From: Flavobacterium sp.
GTDB taxonomy: Bacteria > Bacteroidota > Bacteroidia > Flavobacteriales > Flavobacteriaceae
Direction of reading: 5' to 3'
Assembly (NCBI GenBank): GCA_032121715.1
Contig: JAUMDQ010000213.1
Location: forward strand, 1-37,673
Length of the DNA stretch: 37,673 nt
This document shows positions 35,544 to 37,673 of the stretch, one piece after another; positions within the stretch are counted from its first letter, which is position 1, and each line of letters begins with the position of its first letter. The notes below the pieces were generated by a model. It saw only the letters and a program-made list of their open reading frames with translations. It was not told the DNA's origin and made no database searches. The translations under genes were made by a program, and so were the position numbers.

Positions 35544-37253
35544 TTACCAATCTTTTTCTGTAACTTTTGTATTTGTTTTTGTTTTGTTGGCGTTTATTTT
35601 TTCTTGCACTTTCTTTTCGTCATTCCCAATTGCTTTTAAAATGTTATCCATTCGTTGTTTGTTAGCGCTTGGTTTCTTTTGTTGTTCTTTGTCTTTTTCT
35701 TTGTCTTTGCTGTCTTTTTTATCCTTATTCTGCTTGTCTTTGTTCTCTTTGTCTTTATTCTTACCTTCTTTGTTATCCTTTTTCTTATCGTCTTTTTTGT
35801 CTTTATTCTTGTTTTTAGGCTTCGGTTTTGGCGGATTTTTTTTCAACATTTCTTTAGCTAATGCTAAATTATATCTCGTTTGTTCATCTTTAGAATTCGC
35901 TTTTAAAGCATTTTTATAAGATTCTACAGCCGATTTATAATTTTTATCTTGCATATACGCATTTCCTAAATTGTGAAACGCTTTATGTTTTTCAGCATCA
36001 GTTTTTGCTAATTGAGAAGCGTTTTTAAAATTCGTAATGGCTTCACTATACTTTTTATTTTTGTAAATCGTATTACCTAAATTATATTCTGCTTTTTCTT
36101 TTTGTGCTTTTTCCTTAGATTTTACGATGCGCAATTGCTTTTCTTTTTGCTGCGAATTCATGGTTTTCTCTTGTGCAAAAGTAGTTGCCGAAACAAAAAG
36201 AAATACTAAAACCAAGTTAAACTTTTTAGAAGTCAACCATTTTTTAGCGTGAAATCCTTTGAAATCCTGATTCACCATAAAGAAATCAAGCAACAACAAC
36301 AAAAAGGCAATGCCTAAAAACCACTGAAATTGAGATTGTTTTTGCGCCAATTGTTGTGCTTTAAATTCTTGTTGTTCCACGTTAGATAAAGCACTTTTTA
36401 TACTTGAAACTGCTTTTGAAATCTGGTTTTCATAAACATAAGTTCCTTTAGATTCAGAAGCTATTTTTTGCAACACTTCTTCGTTTAATTTCGTAATTAC
36501 AACTTGTCCGTTTTGGTCTTTTTTAACTTGTTGAAATCCGAATTCGTCCACATATTCAATATTTCCGCCGTTTGGAGTTCCAATTCCGACTGTAATAATT
36601 TTTACGTTTTTATCTTTGGTTAATTTCGACACATCAAAATTTGGACTTTCATGATCTTCTCCGTCGGAAAACAGCACAATCGCTTTTCCAGAAGTCGGAT
36701 TATCAAAGAAATCTACACTGGTTTGAACCGCGCCTTCAATAGCAGTACCTTGAGATGAAATTAAATCAGTATTGACACTTTGTGTGAACATTTTTGCCAA
36801 TTCATAATCAGTTGTCATCGGTAATACGGGATAAGCACTTCCTGCATACGCTACAATTCCGATTCTGTCGCTACCTATTGAATTGATAATTTGTGTGATA
36901 ATTTGTTTGGTTTTTTCTAATCGATTTGGCGCAACGTCTTTACACAACATGCTTTTCGACACATCAATAGCGAAAACAATTTCCACACCTTTGGCATTTA
37001 CAGTTTCTAATTTCGAACCTAATTTCGGATTCACCAAAGCTAAAACAATGAAGAAAATCGCCATTAATTGTAGTGTGAATTTCAATCGCTGTTTGTTGTT
37101 TGAAACATTTACTATTAGTTTTTCAACCGCTTTATGATTTCCAAATTCAGCTTGTTTTTCCGTTTGCCATTTGACATACTTATTTTGTGCTACTAAACCA
37201 ATCGGAATAAGCAATAGCAAAATAAAATAATATGGGTTTTCAAATTCAAACAT
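35544..37253 (-). CDS. BatB (VWA)-BatC (TPR) fusion protein
   Basis: FEFENP start, MIDAS DVSKS and SDGE, TM segment, signal-like segment, TPRs (YNLGN, HNLGN, RYNLA), K/D-rich linker, EKDW end. Confidence 0.85.
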   Translation of the reverse strand: MFEFENPYYFILLLLIPIGLVAQNKYVKWQTEKQAEFGNHKAVEKLIVNVSNNKQRLKFTLQLMAIFFIVLALVNPKLGSKLETVNAKGVEIVFAIDVSKSMLCKDVAPNRLEKTKQIITQIINSIGSDRIGIVAYAGSAYPVLPMTTDYELAKMFTQSVNTDLISSQGTAIEGAVQTSVDFFDNPTSGKAIVLFSDGEDHESPNFDVSKLTKDKNVKIITVGIGTPNGGNIEYVDEFGFQQVKKDQNGQVVITKLNEEVLQKIASESKGTYVYENQISKAVSSIKSALSNVEQQEFKAQQLAQKQSQFQWFLGIAFLLLLLDFFMVNQDFKGFHAKKWLTSKKFNLVLVFLFVSATTFAQEKTMNSQQKEKQLRIVKSKEKAQKEKAEYNLGNTIYKNKKYSEAITNFKNASQLAKTDAEKHKAFHNLGNAYMQDKNYKSAVESYKNALKANSKDEQTRYNLALAKEMLKKNPPKPKPKNKNKDKKDDKKKDNKEGKNKDKENKDKQNKDKKDSKDKEKDKEQQKKPSANKQRMDNILKAIGNDEKKVQEKINANKTKTNTKVTEKDW

Positions 37254-37673
37254 TAAATAAAACTTTTAAAAATGGTGCGGCTTAAAATCATTTCTAAGGC
37301 CAATAAAAACAAACCAATTAACAACCAAGGACGAAATTGCTCATCAAACATCATAAATCTGTTTTCTGTAATTTTAGATTTTTCCAATCTATCAATTTCA
37401 TCGTAAATCGCTTCTAACTTCTTATTATCCGTAGCTCTAAAATATTTTCCGTTAGTTGTAGCCGCAATTTCTTGCATTAATTTTTCATCAATCTCAACTT
37501 TTTGTGGTTGAAAAACGATGTTTCCGTTAGCGTCTTTGGCTACAGGAAAATTCGCCATTCCGTTCGTTCCAACTCCAACTGTATAAACTTTAATTCCGTA
37601 AGATTTAGCAATTTCAGCAGCCGAAATCGGATCTAAACTTCCTACATTATTCACCCCATCGGTCAATAAAATA
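37253..37673 (-). CDS. batA: BatA VWA protein, C-terminal part (truncated by window edge)
   Basis: ILLTDGVNN, IKVYTVGVG, GKYFRATD, IDRLEKS, C-terminal TM; TAATG coupling with the next gene. Confidence 0.9.
   Translation of the reverse strand, partial: ILLTDGVNNVGSLDPISAAEIAKSYGIKVYTVGVGTNGMANFPVAKDANGNIVFQPQKVEIDEKLMQEIAATTNGKYFRATDNKKLEAIYDEIDRLEKSKITENRFMMFDEQFRPWLLIGLFLLALEMILSRTIFKSFI

Noticed and set aside
35584-35919. TTC/TTG-rich DNA and hydrophobic plus-strand ORFs
   Set aside because: Explained by the K/D/E/N-rich BatC linker encoded on the minus strand.
64-37137. Short ORFs overlapping real genes (for example 64-324, 1078-1305, 6312-6824, 9277-9621, 20074-20433, 22663-22998, 28094-28324, 35134-35415)
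   Set aside because: They lie antisense or out of frame within well-supported genes and have no recognisable motifs.

Overview
AT-rich chromosomal window that looks like Bacteroidota, most likely Flavobacterium or a close relative. The basis is the TAnnTTTG promoter motifs, the lack of obvious Shine-Dalgarno sites, T9SS cargo proteins and porZ. Most of it is housekeeping: the end of a two-component system, cvpA, pheS, tRNA-Leu(CAA), prs, rplY, two tRNA-Asn(GTT), rseP, serS, a TPR protein, a cystathionine gamma-synthase/lyase, prfC, hflX, a partial suf cluster, lspA, dksA, ileS, recO, porZ and the end of a bat operon. Accessory material is several short AT-rich orphan genes, a T9SS M1 aminopeptidase, and a recO-ileS segment encoding a 1302-aa T9SS protein with a soluble PQQ glucose dehydrogenase domain plus a small secreted protein. 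I found no transposase, integrase, prophage or CRISPR array, and I cannot show a clearly new system. The best leads are the exported PQQ dehydrogenase, a BatB-BatC fusion with an internal signal peptide, a type 2 IleRS with the GIHH motif, a probably leaderless hflX, and repeat structure around the tRNA-Asn pair. All calls come from reading motifs by eye; no searches were run.
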